Source: a candidate division WOR-3 bacterium (GTDB taxonomy: Bacteria; Hydrothermota; Tepidihabitantia; Tepidihabitantales; Tepidihabitantaceae). Taken from it: DNA of 64,000 nucleotides. The notes beneath the pieces are model-generated. The model was not told the origin of the DNA, searched no databases, and saw only the letters and a program-made list of their open reading frames with translations. A program made the translations under genes and the position numbers. This document shows, piece after piece, positions 38,705 to 48,503 of the stretch. The DNA is taken from positions 1 to 64,000 of the forward strand of contig CBFGKH010000006.1 of assembly GCA_965649295.1 (NCBI GenBank), written 5' to 3'. Positions within the stretch are counted from its first letter, which is position 1; every line of letters begins with the position of its first letter.

Positions 38705-41700
38705 GTGCATATCAAAGAGCTGACGCTCATCGGGTTCAAGTCGTTTGCCGACAAGACAACCTTACGTTTCTCACCGGGCATGAATGCCATCATCGGCCCC
38801 AATGGTTGCGGCAAGACAAACGTGCTAGATGCCCTGCGCTGGGTGCTGGGCGAGCAGTCCTTTTCGATGCTGCGCTGCGCCAAGAATGAGGACCTGATTT
38901 TTGGCGGGACAGCGACCGTGCCGGCAAGCAACTACGCCGAGGTCCGGCTGGTCCTGGCCGAGGACGGTCGAGCGAACGCCATCTCAATCCGCCCAGCGGA
39001 CACCGCCAGCAATGAGAATGATGTCGGCCTGGCCGCCGGGGGAGCAACTGATAAGGAAACCGCCACATGCGTGAGCGAGATCGAGATCCGCCGCCGCTAC
39101 TACCGCTCGGGCGAAAGCGAGTATTTCCTCAATCGGCAGCCCTGTCGCCTGCGCGATATTCAGGATTTCTTCCTCTCATCAGGCGCCGGCACCAAGACGT
39201 ATTCGATTTTTGACCTACGCCAGATGCGCGAGATCATTGCCGGCAATATCCGCCGGCTGTTCGAGGAAGCGGCGACCTTGGCCCGTTACCAAGAGGCGAA
39301 AGCCGAGTGTCTGCGCAAGCTCAGCCTGACCGAGCAGGACCTTACCCGGCTGGACGACATCATCGCCGAGCGCGAACGTGTCGTGCAGTCGCTCGGACGC
39401 CAAGCCGGTCGGCTCAAGGCCTATGAGAAGTTGAAGGCCGAAGAGAAAGCCCTACGCCTGATCGAGCTGCGGACCGAGTATGACAGTCTGCGCCGGGAGG
39501 TTGAACAGGCCGAACTCGGTGTCGCCGCCTTAGAACAGGCCGATGCCGGCCGTCTGGCTGAGATTCACCGCCTCGAAGAGGAACTGGCGGTCCAGCGCAG
39601 CCGACTGCGGGACATGCAGGCCGCCCGCGACGCCGCCACGCTCTCGGTACGAAAGCAGCGCGAAATAGTGACTGCGCTGGAGAACGCCAATCTGCTGGCC
39701 GAGGAGCGCATCCGGTTTCTGCAGGACAACGCCACCACCGCTGCTGCCGAGCAGGCTGCCGCTACCGAGACTCTCGCCAGTCTGGAACAAGCCTTGGCAG
39801 CGGCAGCAGAGCGACTCGAAAAGGCAACCGGCGCGGTCGCCGCTGCGAGTGAGCGGCTGGCATCGTGCCGCGAACGAGTGCAAACAACCGAGGAAGGTCT
39901 GTTCCGGCTGCGTGAGCACGAGTCGGCGCTGGCTGGACAACTGGCCGAGCTACTGGAAAAACAGCAGCAACTGCGCCAGGAACTGGCCCGCCTTGAGGCC
40001 GACCGCGACAACCAAAGCGCAGCCCTAGCCCGACTGGGAACCGAGCTAGCAACCCTAAAGGAACGGTCGGCAAAGGCCACGGCTGCCAGGGATGCGGCTG
40101 CAGCCCGGCTGGCCGCGGCCAGCGACGAAATTGACCGCACTCGCCGCTCGCGCCAAGACCTCGAAGCCGAACTGGCGAAGATCAACGCCGCCCGCAGCGA
40201 CTGCCGGAATCGCCTCGCCAAGCTGCGCGACGAACAGGCCGCGGTCGAACGTGAGCTGGCCGTGCTGCGAACAGCACTGGCCCAAGACCAAGCCGAGACT
40301 GCCCAGCAATTGATTGGGGAGAGATTTGTCGGCGGGATTGAGAGTTTTCTCACAATTGAACCAGGTTGGGAACGGGCTACCGAGGCCGTGCTCTATGCAC
40401 TAGTTGACTTCCTAGTAACTAGCGGTGAGTTTGACCCGGCCTGGCTCGAAAGGCTTGCTGCGGCGCGGCCAGACCTGCGGTTTGGACTGCTGACGATGGC
40501 ACCAGCCAATTCGACCAGCGACGCGCCGCCTGCCAGCAAGGAGCCGCTGCCGCACCGGCTGCTCGAGCACATCCAGGTGCGGCCGGATGCGCCACCAGCG
40601 CTGGCCGCAACTCTGGCGCAGGCCCTGGTCTGCAATAGCCCAGCCGAGTTTGCTGAACTGGCCATTGCCCATCCGGACTGGATTCTTGTAACGCCGGGGG
40701 GCTGCTGTCGGTTTGCTGACGGTCGCGTGGTTCTAGAGAGTCGCGAACGGGGCAGACTGTCTCTCTCCAGTTTGGTCGCGGCCAGAACCGAGCGGCTTCA
40801 GCAGCTTGCCGCTGAGGTAACGGCGCTGCGCCAGCAGGATGCCGAGCTTGGCCGTCAGCAAGAAGAGCTGGACCGACAACTGAGCGCAACTGCGCTTGGC
40901 CTTTTTGAGGCCCAGAACGAGAAGGCATCGCTTGATGCCACCTTGGCTGCTGCCGAGATAAGTTGCGGCGAACTGGCACGCGACGCCGAACGGTTACAGG
41001 CCGAGCAACAGTCGGTGCTGAAAGCCGCGCAGGCCAATCGCGAGCGGCTGGTGCAGGTAGCCGGCGAGCTGGACGAGCTGGAACGCCGCATTCTGGCCAC
41101 TGAGATGGCATTGAGCACAACCCGCACCGATGTCGCCCGCATCGAGAAAGAGGTCAAAGAGCTGCTCGCCGCGGCCCAGCAGGCCCTGGCCGAGCTAGCA
41201 GAAAAGCGACAGCTAGTTGTCCGGCTCGAGGCTGAAAATGACTTTCTCCGCCGGCAACTCGACGAACACCGTCTTCGCCGCAATGCCCGCGAGCGCCAGT
41301 TGACCGCGGCTCAGGAAGAAATCGCCAGACTGACCGAGCAGATTGCCGGCCGGGCTGACGAGCTCGCCGCGGCCCAGCAGGCCCTGGCCGAGATCGAAGC
41401 TGCTGCCGCCACAATCAATCTCGGTGACGTTGTCGCCGCGACCGAGGCAATCGAAACCAACCTCGCCGAGCTGCGCCGCGCCCAGGAGCAGAGTACAAAC
41501 CTACTCCTCGAACAGCGGCAGAAGCTCTACAAACTGAACCTGCGGGTCCAGGCCTGCCTCGAAGAGGCAAAGACAAGCTACGCCACCGACTTGGCGAGTT
41601 ATGTACCGGCTACGGAGTCGGGAGTCACGACCACTGAGTTACTGGAGCGGCTGGCGCAGTTACGACGCCGCATCGAAGCGCTGGGCCAGGTCAACAGCTT

Positions 41701-42313
41701 GGCCGGCGAGGAATACGCCCGCGAGAAGGCTGACCTGGAGAAACTGCGGGCCCAGCGGGACGACGTTGCCCAAGCCAAAATCAATCTCAACGCCACGCTC
41801 GCCGGTATTGACCGCCACGCGCAAGAGCAGTTCATCGCCACCTACTCGCTTGTGCGCGACCATTTTCAGGCGGTATTCCGCCAGCTCTTTCTCGACGGCG
41901 AGGCCGATCTCGTCCTAACCGACCCGGCCAATCCGCTCCAGTCCGAGATTGGCATCGTCGCCCGGCCGCGGGGCAAAAACCCAAAGCTACTGGCCCAGCT
42001 GTCTGACGGCGAGAAGGCACTATTGGCCGTCTCGCTCCTCTTTGCTTTCTACCGGGTGAAGCCAGCGCCGTTCTGTTTCCTCGACGAGGTAGATGCTCCA
42101 CTCGACGACGCCAATGTCGGCCGGTTTGCCGACTACCTGCGCAACATCGCTGAGCAAACCCAGGTAATCATCATCACCCACAACCGGCTGACCGTCGAAC
42201 GGGCCAACGTTGTCTTCGGCGTCACTGCCGAGCAGCCTGGCATCTCGAAACTGGTCGCGGTGAATCTGGCCGAATACCAGACTGAAGAATCGCGAATGGC
42301 GAGTACCAAATGA
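38705..42313 (+). CDS. smc: Chromosome segregation protein SMC
   Basis: GFKSF, GPNGCGKTN, long coiled coils with hinge, LSDGEK, LDEVDAPLD. Confidence 0.95.
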   Translation: MHIKELTLIGFKSFADKTTLRFSPGMNAIIGPNGCGKTNVLDALRWVLGEQSFSMLRCAKNEDLIFGGTATVPASNYAEVRLVLAEDGRANAISIRPADTASNENDVGLAAGGATDKETATCVSEIEIRRRYYRSGESEYFLNRQPCRLRDIQDFFLSSGAGTKTYSIFDLRQMREIIAGNIRRLFEEAATLARYQEAKAECLRKLSLTEQDLTRLDDIIAERERVVQSLGRQAGRLKAYEKLKAEEKALRLIELRTEYDSLRREVEQAELGVAALEQADAGRLAEIHRLEEELAVQRSRLRDMQAARDAATLSVRKQREIVTALENANLLAEERIRFLQDNATTAAAEQAAATETLASLEQALAAAAERLEKATGAVAAASERLASCRERVQTTEEGLFRLREHESALAGQLAELLEKQQQLRQELARLEADRDNQSAALARLGTELATLKERSAKATAARDAAAARLAAASDEIDRTRRSRQDLEAELAKINAARSDCRNRLAKLRDEQAAVERELAVLRTALAQDQAETAQQLIGERFVGGIESFLTIEPGWERATEAVLYALVDFLVTSGEFDPAWLERLAAARPDLRFGLLTMAPANSTSDAPPASKEPLPHRLLEHIQVRPDAPPALAATLAQALVCNSPAEFAELAIAHPDWILVTPGGCCRFADGRVVLESRERGRLSLSSLVAARTERLQQLAAEVTALRQQDAELGRQQEELDRQLSATALGLFEAQNEKASLDATLAAAEISCGELARDAERLQAEQQSVLKAAQANRERLVQVAGELDELERRILATEMALSTTRTDVARIEKEVKELLAAAQQALAELAEKRQLVVRLEAENDFLRRQLDEHRLRRNARERQLTAAQEEIARLTEQIAGRADELAAAQQALAEIEAAAATINLGDVVAATEAIETNLAELRRAQEQSTNLLLEQRQKLYKLNLRVQACLEEAKTSYATDLASYVPATESGVTTTELLERLAQLRRRIEALGQVNSLAGEEYAREKADLEKLRAQRDDVAQAKINLNATLAGIDRHAQEQFIATYSLVRDHFQAVFRQLFLDGEADLVLTDPANPLQSEIGIVARPRGKNPKLLAQLSDGEKALLAVSLLFAFYRVKPAPFCFLDEVDAPLDDANVGRFADYLRNIAEQTQVIIITHNRLTVERANVVFGVTAEQPGISKLVAVNLAEYQTEESRMASTK

Positions 42314-42364
42314 CAAACCGCGAACCCGTTTGCGCTTCTGGCATTACACCACCAGACTAGCCTC

Positions 42365-43252
42365 GTGGCTCTCTTTCACCGAATCGGCGCGGCAGCAAAA
42401 AGAATCTTTGCCGGACTTAGCAAGACCCGGCAGGCATTGCAGCGCGTGCTCGTCGCTGCCAACACCGAAGAAATCGAAGAAGCACTGCTCGGGGCCGACG
42501 TCGGCGTCAAAGCCACAGCTCTGCTCGTTGAGAAGGCCGCCCGAGCCGGCGAAAACCGCCGTGCAGTGCTCGAAGCCGAGATTGCTCGGCTACTACCGCC
42601 ACCACCGGCAAGCCCCAGCTCCCAAGGTCCAAGACCTAAAGTCATCATGGTCGTCGGCGTCAACGGCTCAGGCAAAACGACAACCGTAGGCAAGCTCTGC
42701 CGCCACTTTGCCGCAGCCGGCCAAAGAGTAATAGTTGCCGCGGCTGACACCTACCGGGATGCTGCTGCCGAACAGCTTCGCATCTGGGCTGAGCGGGCCG
42801 GAGTCGAGATTGTCCTCTCGCGGCAGGGCCAGGACGCAGCCGCGGTCGCATTCGACACGATCCAGAAAGCAATCGGCAACAACATTGACGTTGTGCTCGT
42901 TGACACTGCTGGTCGGCTGCACACCCGCAAGGACCTGATGGCCGAAGCCGCCAAAATCAAGCGAGTCTGCGGCCGGGCCCGACCCGGTGCACCTGACGAA
43001 GTTTGGCTGGTGCTAGATGCGACAGTCGGCCAGAACGGACTGCGTCAGGCCGCTGCCTTTCACGAACTCCTCGGCCTAACCGGCCTGATAGTTACCAAAC
43101 TCGACGGCACCGCCAAAGGCGGCATACTGATACCAATCGCCATGGAACTCGGCGTGCCCATCCGCTACATCGGCACCGGCGAGACAATGGACGACCTCGC
43201 ACCATTCGACCCGGCCGACTATGCCCGAGCCCTCTTTGCCACCGACGACTAG
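42365..43252 (+). CDS. ftsY: SRP receptor FtsY
   Basis: GVNGSGKTTT, DTAGR, TKLDGTAKGG. Confidence 0.96.
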   Translation: MALFHRIGAAAKRIFAGLSKTRQALQRVLVAANTEEIEEALLGADVGVKATALLVEKAARAGENRRAVLEAEIARLLPPPPASPSSQGPRPKVIMVVGVNGSGKTTTVGKLCRHFAAAGQRVIVAAADTYRDAAAEQLRIWAERAGVEIVLSRQGQDAAAVAFDTIQKAIGNNIDVVLVDTAGRLHTRKDLMAEAAKIKRVCGRARPGAPDEVWLVLDATVGQNGLRQAAAFHELLGLTGLIVTKLDGTAKGGILIPIAMELGVPIRYIGTGETMDDLAPFDPADYARALFATDD

Positions 43253-43255
43253 CAA

Positions 43256-44881
43256 CTAGGAGACTGGCTCGGCCGCCGCACTGTCCGCCTCTAACCAGGC
43301 CTCGAGAACCATAATCGCGTCACTCGCCGCCGCCTTCACAATCGCCGGCTCACGACTAAACGGCCAAGGCCGGACAATCCGCCGCAGCTCCGGCAGAATC
43401 CGCGTGACCCGCAACCGCGCCAGTCCGGTAATAGCCGCCGCCCGCAGACCAGGCTGAGGATCAGTCAGCACCGACAACAAGAAAGGCACCGCCACCGGAT
43501 TGCCAATCTCGCCCAGTGCCTGCACTACATTCTGCCGAACCAAATCACTCTCATCCTGCAGCCGGTCAAGGAGAGCCATCGTCGCGTGATAGTCACGAAT
43601 CCGGCCGAGTGCCGCTGCTGCAGTAGCCCGCACCACGGCATCCCGATCACGCAGCGCCCCAACCAGCGCCGGCACCGCCCGTGCCTCACAAATCTCACCC
43701 AGCGCCTGAGCCGCCACAACCCGTACGCCCACCGCAGACTCGGCCAGTCCCTGGACCAGCCGCTCACAGGCCCCTTTATGCCGAAGCCGACCCAGTAGGT
43801 CAATCACCCGCACCCGCACCGCGACCCCGGCCTGCCCGAGCAACCGAAACAACGGCTCAATCGCTGCATCTCCCTGCCGCTCCAGACTGTCAGCAGCAGC
43901 CGCCGCAATCATCGGGTCGTCGTCATCCAGCGCCGCAGTCAGCGCATCCGCAGCCCGAGCATGGCGGATGCGACCAAGCGCGGTCGCCGCTGCCAGACGG
44001 ACACAAGCCTCCTCGTCGCGCAAGGCAATAGCCAGCGGGTCAATCGCTGTCGGGTCACCAATTGTGCCCAGTAGCTCGGCCGCAGTGGCCCTGACTACCG
44101 GCGCATCATGCGCCAGCAGCCCGACGACCGGCACGATTGCCGCTTTGCCGCTGGACAAGATTCGCTCACGGGCACTAAGCCGAGCAGCGATGTCGCCACC
44201 AAGCAGAGCCCGAACCAGCGGCTCAATCGCTGCATCACTCACATATCGGAGTGCCGCGGCTGCTGCCTCACGCACGGTCGGATTGGGGTCATCGGCAGCT
44301 AGCCGGGTAAGGGCATCAACCGCACTCCGGCTGCCAATTCGGCCTAAGGCCCGGGCAGCCGCAATCCGCAACGCTGGACTATCATCAGCCAGCTCGTCAA
44401 TCAACGCCTCAGCAGTACGGGGATCAGCAAGCTCGGCTAGAGCCCGGGCGGCCGCAATCCGCACATTCTCATCAAGGTCTCGCAGCAGCTCCAGCAACGG
44501 CGCGACTGTCGGTTCAGTGCCAATCAAACCCAAAGCCGTAGCCAGCGCTGCCCGGACCGCTGGCTCGGGATCAGCAACATGGCTCGCCAAGAACCCAACC
44601 GCGGCCGAAAGCCGCAACCGACCGAGCAGCTCCGGCAACAGTGTGCCCGGCGAACCCTGCCAGTTGGCGATGTACTGCAGTACCGGCCCGGCCGCATCCG
44701 GGCCCAGTCCGACCAGGGCCTCGGCCGCCCTCGTCCGCACTGCCACGTCCGCATCGTCGAGCAACAGCACCAGCGCACCAGCGGCTTCAGCCCCTCCCAT
44801 CCGACGCAGTCTTTCGATCACCCGAATGCGGACTACTGAGTCAGCACTCGCCAGCCCGTTTAGCCAGTCCCTAACCGCCAC
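43256..44881 (-). CDS. HEAT/PBS-lyase repeat protein
   Basis: Many L.D.D..VR..AA.ALG repeats. Confidence 0.9.
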   Translation of the reverse strand: MAVRDWLNGLASADSVVRIRVIERLRRMGGAEAAGALVLLLDDADVAVRTRAAEALVGLGPDAAGPVLQYIANWQGSPGTLLPELLGRLRLSAAVGFLASHVADPEPAVRAALATALGLIGTEPTVAPLLELLRDLDENVRIAAARALAELADPRTAEALIDELADDSPALRIAAARALGRIGSRSAVDALTRLAADDPNPTVREAAAAALRYVSDAAIEPLVRALLGGDIAARLSARERILSSGKAAIVPVVGLLAHDAPVVRATAAELLGTIGDPTAIDPLAIALRDEEACVRLAAATALGRIRHARAADALTAALDDDDPMIAAAAADSLERQGDAAIEPLFRLLGQAGVAVRVRVIDLLGRLRHKGACERLVQGLAESAVGVRVVAAQALGEICEARAVPALVGALRDRDAVVRATAAAALGRIRDYHATMALLDRLQDESDLVRQNVVQALGEIGNPVAVPFLLSVLTDPQPGLRAAAITGLARLRVTRILPELRRIVRPWPFSREPAIVKAAASDAIMVLEAWLEADSAAAEPVS

Positions 44882-44900
44882 CCCTATCCTCTTCTACTGC

Positions 44901-45251
44901 TCACCGCTCTTTCCGACGACCGGTTTCTGGACAGACCTCCGAACGGAGCCAGTCCAGATAGCGTTTAGAACCGACCGCAACCGGCAAGGCAATAAGCTCA
45001 GGAGTATCATAGGGATGCCTGCTCGTCACCGCCGAAAACAGCCGCCGCAAGCGCGAGCCGGTCGTCTTCGCCACCACCAGCCACTCGCGACTGGAGATCA
45101 CACGGCCCTGCCAGCGATAAGTACTCTGAACCGGCCCAACAACCTGCACACAGGCGGCCAGCCGTTCCTCAACAAGCGAACCAGCCAACGAACGGGCCAG
45201 CGCCAGAGTCGGAGTTGTTGTAAGAACAAAGAAATATCCCCTGGCCATCAT
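44901..45251 (-). CDS. cutA: Divalent-cation tolerance protein CutA
   Basis: LVEERLAAC, S.YRWQG, HPYDTPE, YLDW. Confidence 0.93.
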   Translation of the reverse strand: MMARGYFFVLTTTPTLALARSLAGSLVEERLAACVQVVGPVQSTYRWQGRVISSREWLVVAKTTGSRLRRLFSAVTSRHPYDTPELIALPVAVGSKRYLDWLRSEVCPETGRRKER

Positions 45252-45293
45252 CAGATAGTGCCACTAGAAGTGATAAACGTCAAGCCCTATAAT

Positions 45294-45406
45294 GTCATTC
45301 CAAGGAGCCCACTCTACCCAAAATGTCATCTCGAAGAGTGTAGCGACGAGGGATTGCCTCTCCTTTCTCCAAGGAATTCCACGTACGCAGACGCCGGTGG
45401 AATGAC
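45294..45406. repeat. Degenerate REP/MITE-like element with GTCATTCCA/TGGAATGAC ends
   Basis: 9-bp perfect terminal inverted repeat; internal second TGTCAT...GCGACGAG..AT unit. Confidence 0.55.
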
Positions 45407-45470
45407 GGTGCGAATCGCCTCCTTTCAGGGCAATTTGACAGCCGGGCCTCGGCTCCTAGAATGAATAGCA

Positions 45471-46259
45471 ATGACATTGCAGAAACTACTGCCGGCAGTT
45501 CTCATAGCGGCAACCGGAGCGGTGATCCTGCGCTGCTCCGATGCACCGCTGATAACCCGTCAGGCCAGCCGCGTCGTTTTGGCCGAGACGTTCTCGACCA
45601 CTGAGTGAGCGTACTGTGAGGCCGCGGAGCGGTCTTTCGACAGCCTCGGACAGAGCTACGGTGACTCGCTGGTCCACGTGACCTGGTACCAGTCGTTTCT
45701 CCCGCTGCCCATTACCACGCCCGAAGGCGAGGCACGGGCCCTGCGCTACAACGTTCAGAGTATCTGGCCGTCGACCTACTTTGATGGATTCTACAAAGCA
45801 CCAATGGTCTCGGTCGAGGACTCGTTCTATACCGTCTATCGTGACTACGTTGACTTTGCCCGATCCCAGCCGGCAATCCTCGAAATAGGATGCGATACAT
45901 TGACAACCCGGCTTGGTCCAACGAATCTGAGCATCGGCCTCCGGATCACCCCAACCGACTCGGCAGTTGACGGTATGCGGACTCTGCAGCTTGTCGCGGT
46001 AGTATATGAAGACAGTGCTCCTTATCCGTCGTTCAGCGGTGATACCGCCTATGCTCGCTATTGTGCTCGAACCGTCATCGGTGGCGCCTGGGGAGTTCCG
46101 GTCAGTTTCCGTTTTGGTCAGGAGTTCGACACCGTGCTGACCACGCCCCTGGGTAACTGGACAACAGCACGCCTGGGCGCGGCGGTATTTGTTCAGGACA
46201 CGTCGAACCTGCGGGTAATGCAGTCGCTGCTTATCCGCCGGTTCCCGACCGGTCCTTGA
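45471..46259 (+). CDS. Omp28-like lipoprotein, putative selenoprotein (U46-A-Y-C49)
   Basis: Signal peptide with Cys22, RVVLAETFSTTE-TGA(45606-45608)-AYC, in frame with ORF 45678; SECIS-like hairpin GAGGCCG-cggag-CGGTCTT; TTGACA/TAGAAT promoter. Confidence 0.85.
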
Positions 46260-46291
46260 AGAGTAATGTTGCTGATGTTGAGGAGTAGGCA

Positions 46292-46834
46292 ATGAAGCGT
46301 CTGTTTTGGTTGTTGGCTGTTTTGCTTGTGACTATTGCGATGCTCGGCGCGGCCGAGGAGGAAAAGAAGTATCCGAAGGCTCCGGATTTCACACTGAAGG
46401 ACATCAATGGCAAGGAGGTCAGGCTGTCGGAGCTGCTGAAGAACGGGCCGGTCTATCTGGAGTGCTGGGACCTGCCTTGCGTCAACTGCATTGCCGAGCT
46501 TGATGCGCTGGTACCGATCTATGACTCGCTGAAAGAACGCGGACTACAGATCGTCGCCCTGTCGGTGGACAAGCCCGGCGACGCTGCCCGGGTCAAGGCT
46601 TTTGTCAAGAGCAAGAAGTGGCCCTACATCGTTCTGCTCGACCAGCAGTCCAAGGTGAAGAAGGCCTACAGCATCGTCATCAAGCCAACCGCCTATCTCA
46701 TCAATACCGCTGGCGAGATCGTCTATACCCACATCGGCTATAAGAAGGGCGATGAAAAGAAGATTCGCGATGAGTTTCTGCGCTGGTTGCCCGAAAAGCC
46801 GGCTGCCGATGGGCCGGCGACCAAGGAGGAGTAG
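46292..46834 (+). CDS. TlpA/peroxiredoxin-like thiol-disulfide oxidoreductase, exported
   Basis: Signal peptide, APDFTL, WDLPCVNC, SVD, PTAYLI. Confidence 0.9.
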   Translation: MKRLFWLLAVLLVTIAMLGAAEEEKKYPKAPDFTLKDINGKEVRLSELLKNGPVYLECWDLPCVNCIAELDALVPIYDSLKERGLQIVALSVDKPGDAARVKAFVKSKKWPYIVLLDQQSKVKKAYSIVIKPTAYLINTAGEIVYTHIGYKKGDEKKIRDEFLRWLPEKPAADGPATKEE

Positions 46835-48326
46835 GCTGGGAGTCGGTTTTCGGTTCTGTCTTGTTGCCGGCCTGTTGCTGGCTATCGTCGGAGCGACTGA
46901 GCTGACGATTCAGGGTGTCAACCGGGCCGAGTTCTGGGCCTATCAGGAGAACTGGGCCACCAGCATTGAGGACAAGCTCGACCTGAACATCGGCTATGGA
47001 GACCTTGGTGCCGAGCTTGGTCTCTTTCTTTTTGAACCTTCCCAGCCCTGGACCGGCCTCCGCAAGCCGCTGCGGCTGCTCGACTATACGATTGCCTACA
47101 GCCCAGAGCAGTTCGAGCTGCTCTATGGCAAGTTCTTTCAGACGTTCGGCAAAGGACTGGCCCTGCGTGCCTATGCCGATGACGATTTCCGCCACTATAA
47201 GAGCCTGCACGGCCTACGCGGCACTGCCCATTTACCGTTTTCGACCGACATTGTAGTATTGGGCGGCCGGCTGCGCGAAATATTCTTCCAAGAGAACACC
47301 TACAAACTGCTGAATGCGGCTGACACCGGGTTCCAAGTTGTCGGCGCCGACCTTGAATCGCGGCCTCAAGACTGGCTGGGTTTCGGCGGACGTTATGTTC
47401 GCATCAATCGCGACTCGACCAAGGACCCGACACCGAAGGCTTTTACTGAACTATTTGGCGGCAATCTCGCCACGACCCTTGGGCCGGTTGACCTCTACGG
47501 CGAATACTGCCGCCGGCTTGGCACAAGACCGGGCATTGGCGGCCGGGAGACCGGCTACGGACTCTATCTGATCGGCACTGCTGCCTTTTCTGGTTACTCG
47601 CTGCTCGGTGAGTATCTCGACTACTACAACCTTGCCTTCCCGACCGGCACCTATCACTTCAACGACCCACCCACCCCAATCAAGTCCGGCGTAGCGCTGA
47701 ACCGGGGCGAAGATGAGCGCGGGTTTAGCATCGGCGCAACCGCCACCCCTTGGAGCACGCTCTATCTCGAAGCTGACTACGGCCGGCTGTATCGCCACAA
47801 AAATGCCGACGCTGGCGCAGTCGAGTGGGAAGGCAAAGCGCGCTACTCAGTGGGAGCGGACTGGACGTTTGAGGCAAAGTTCAATCATATGGTTCAGGAG
47901 AATGTTGAGCTGCACGTGCTCGATCGGGTTACTGATAAACCGACGATTCATGTCAACTATCTTCTCGGCGAGCACAGTTTTGCCCTCGAGGCCGAGTACA
48001 ATTGGGTCTATGAGGAACGCGACGACACGCCCGGTCGGGTAGCCGACACGATGCGCTATCACGAAACAGCAGTTGCCTTGAGCTACGGGTTCGGGGAAGC
48101 GCTGCTTTTCACTGCCGGCTGGCAAGGGGTGGACATGAAGCTGGACCGTCGCTACGCTGGCCAGCAGTCCTGGCCGATGTTTGAGGTGGTCTGGAATATC
48201 AACGAGCAGAACGTCCTGCGCTGTCGGATTGGCGCCGAGCGCGGTGGCTACACCTGCTCTGGTGGCGTCTGTCGGTTTGAATCGCCGTTCACTGGCGCCA
48301 AACTGCAACTTATCAGCCGGTTCTAG
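46809..48326 (+). CDS. Outer-membrane beta-barrel, DUF6029-like
   Basis: FQTFGKGLALR, amphipathic strands, C-terminal GGYTCSGGVCR...F; start uncertain. Confidence 0.75.
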   Translation: MGRRPRRSRLGVGFRFCLVAGLLLAIVGATELTIQGVNRAEFWAYQENWATSIEDKLDLNIGYGDLGAELGLFLFEPSQPWTGLRKPLRLLDYTIAYSPEQFELLYGKFFQTFGKGLALRAYADDDFRHYKSLHGLRGTAHLPFSTDIVVLGGRLREIFFQENTYKLLNAADTGFQVVGADLESRPQDWLGFGGRYVRINRDSTKDPTPKAFTELFGGNLATTLGPVDLYGEYCRRLGTRPGIGGRETGYGLYLIGTAAFSGYSLLGEYLDYYNLAFPTGTYHFNDPPTPIKSGVALNRGEDERGFSIGATATPWSTLYLEADYGRLYRHKNADAGAVEWEGKARYSVGADWTFEAKFNHMVQENVELHVLDRVTDKPTIHVNYLLGEHSFALEAEYNWVYEERDDTPGRVADTMRYHETAVALSYGFGEALLFTAGWQGVDMKLDRRYAGQQSWPMFEVVWNINEQNVLRCRIGAERGGYTCSGGVCRFESPFTGAKLQLISRF

Positions 48327-48345
48327 TCTTTGGACAGGTGACAGT

Positions 48346-48483
48346 ATGAGGCGAAGAATCACATTTGTCGTGCTAGCGGTAGTCGGGGTTGCTGCCATCA
48401 TCCTTGGCATCCGGTTCGGCGACCCCGAGACAATTCACCGCTTTGCGGCCCAGATATGACTATCCTGCATGGGGCTCGTGTAG
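48346..48483 (+). CDS. CD1871A-like small membrane protein, putative selenoprotein (U38-L-S-C41)
   Basis: MRRRITFVVLAVVGVAAIILGIRFGDPETIHRFAAQI-TGA(48457-48459)-LSCMGLV-TAG; hairpin GGGCT-cgtgt-AGCCC. Confidence 0.85.
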
Positions 48484-48503
48484 CCCACGAATGGCGGTAA
48501 CCA

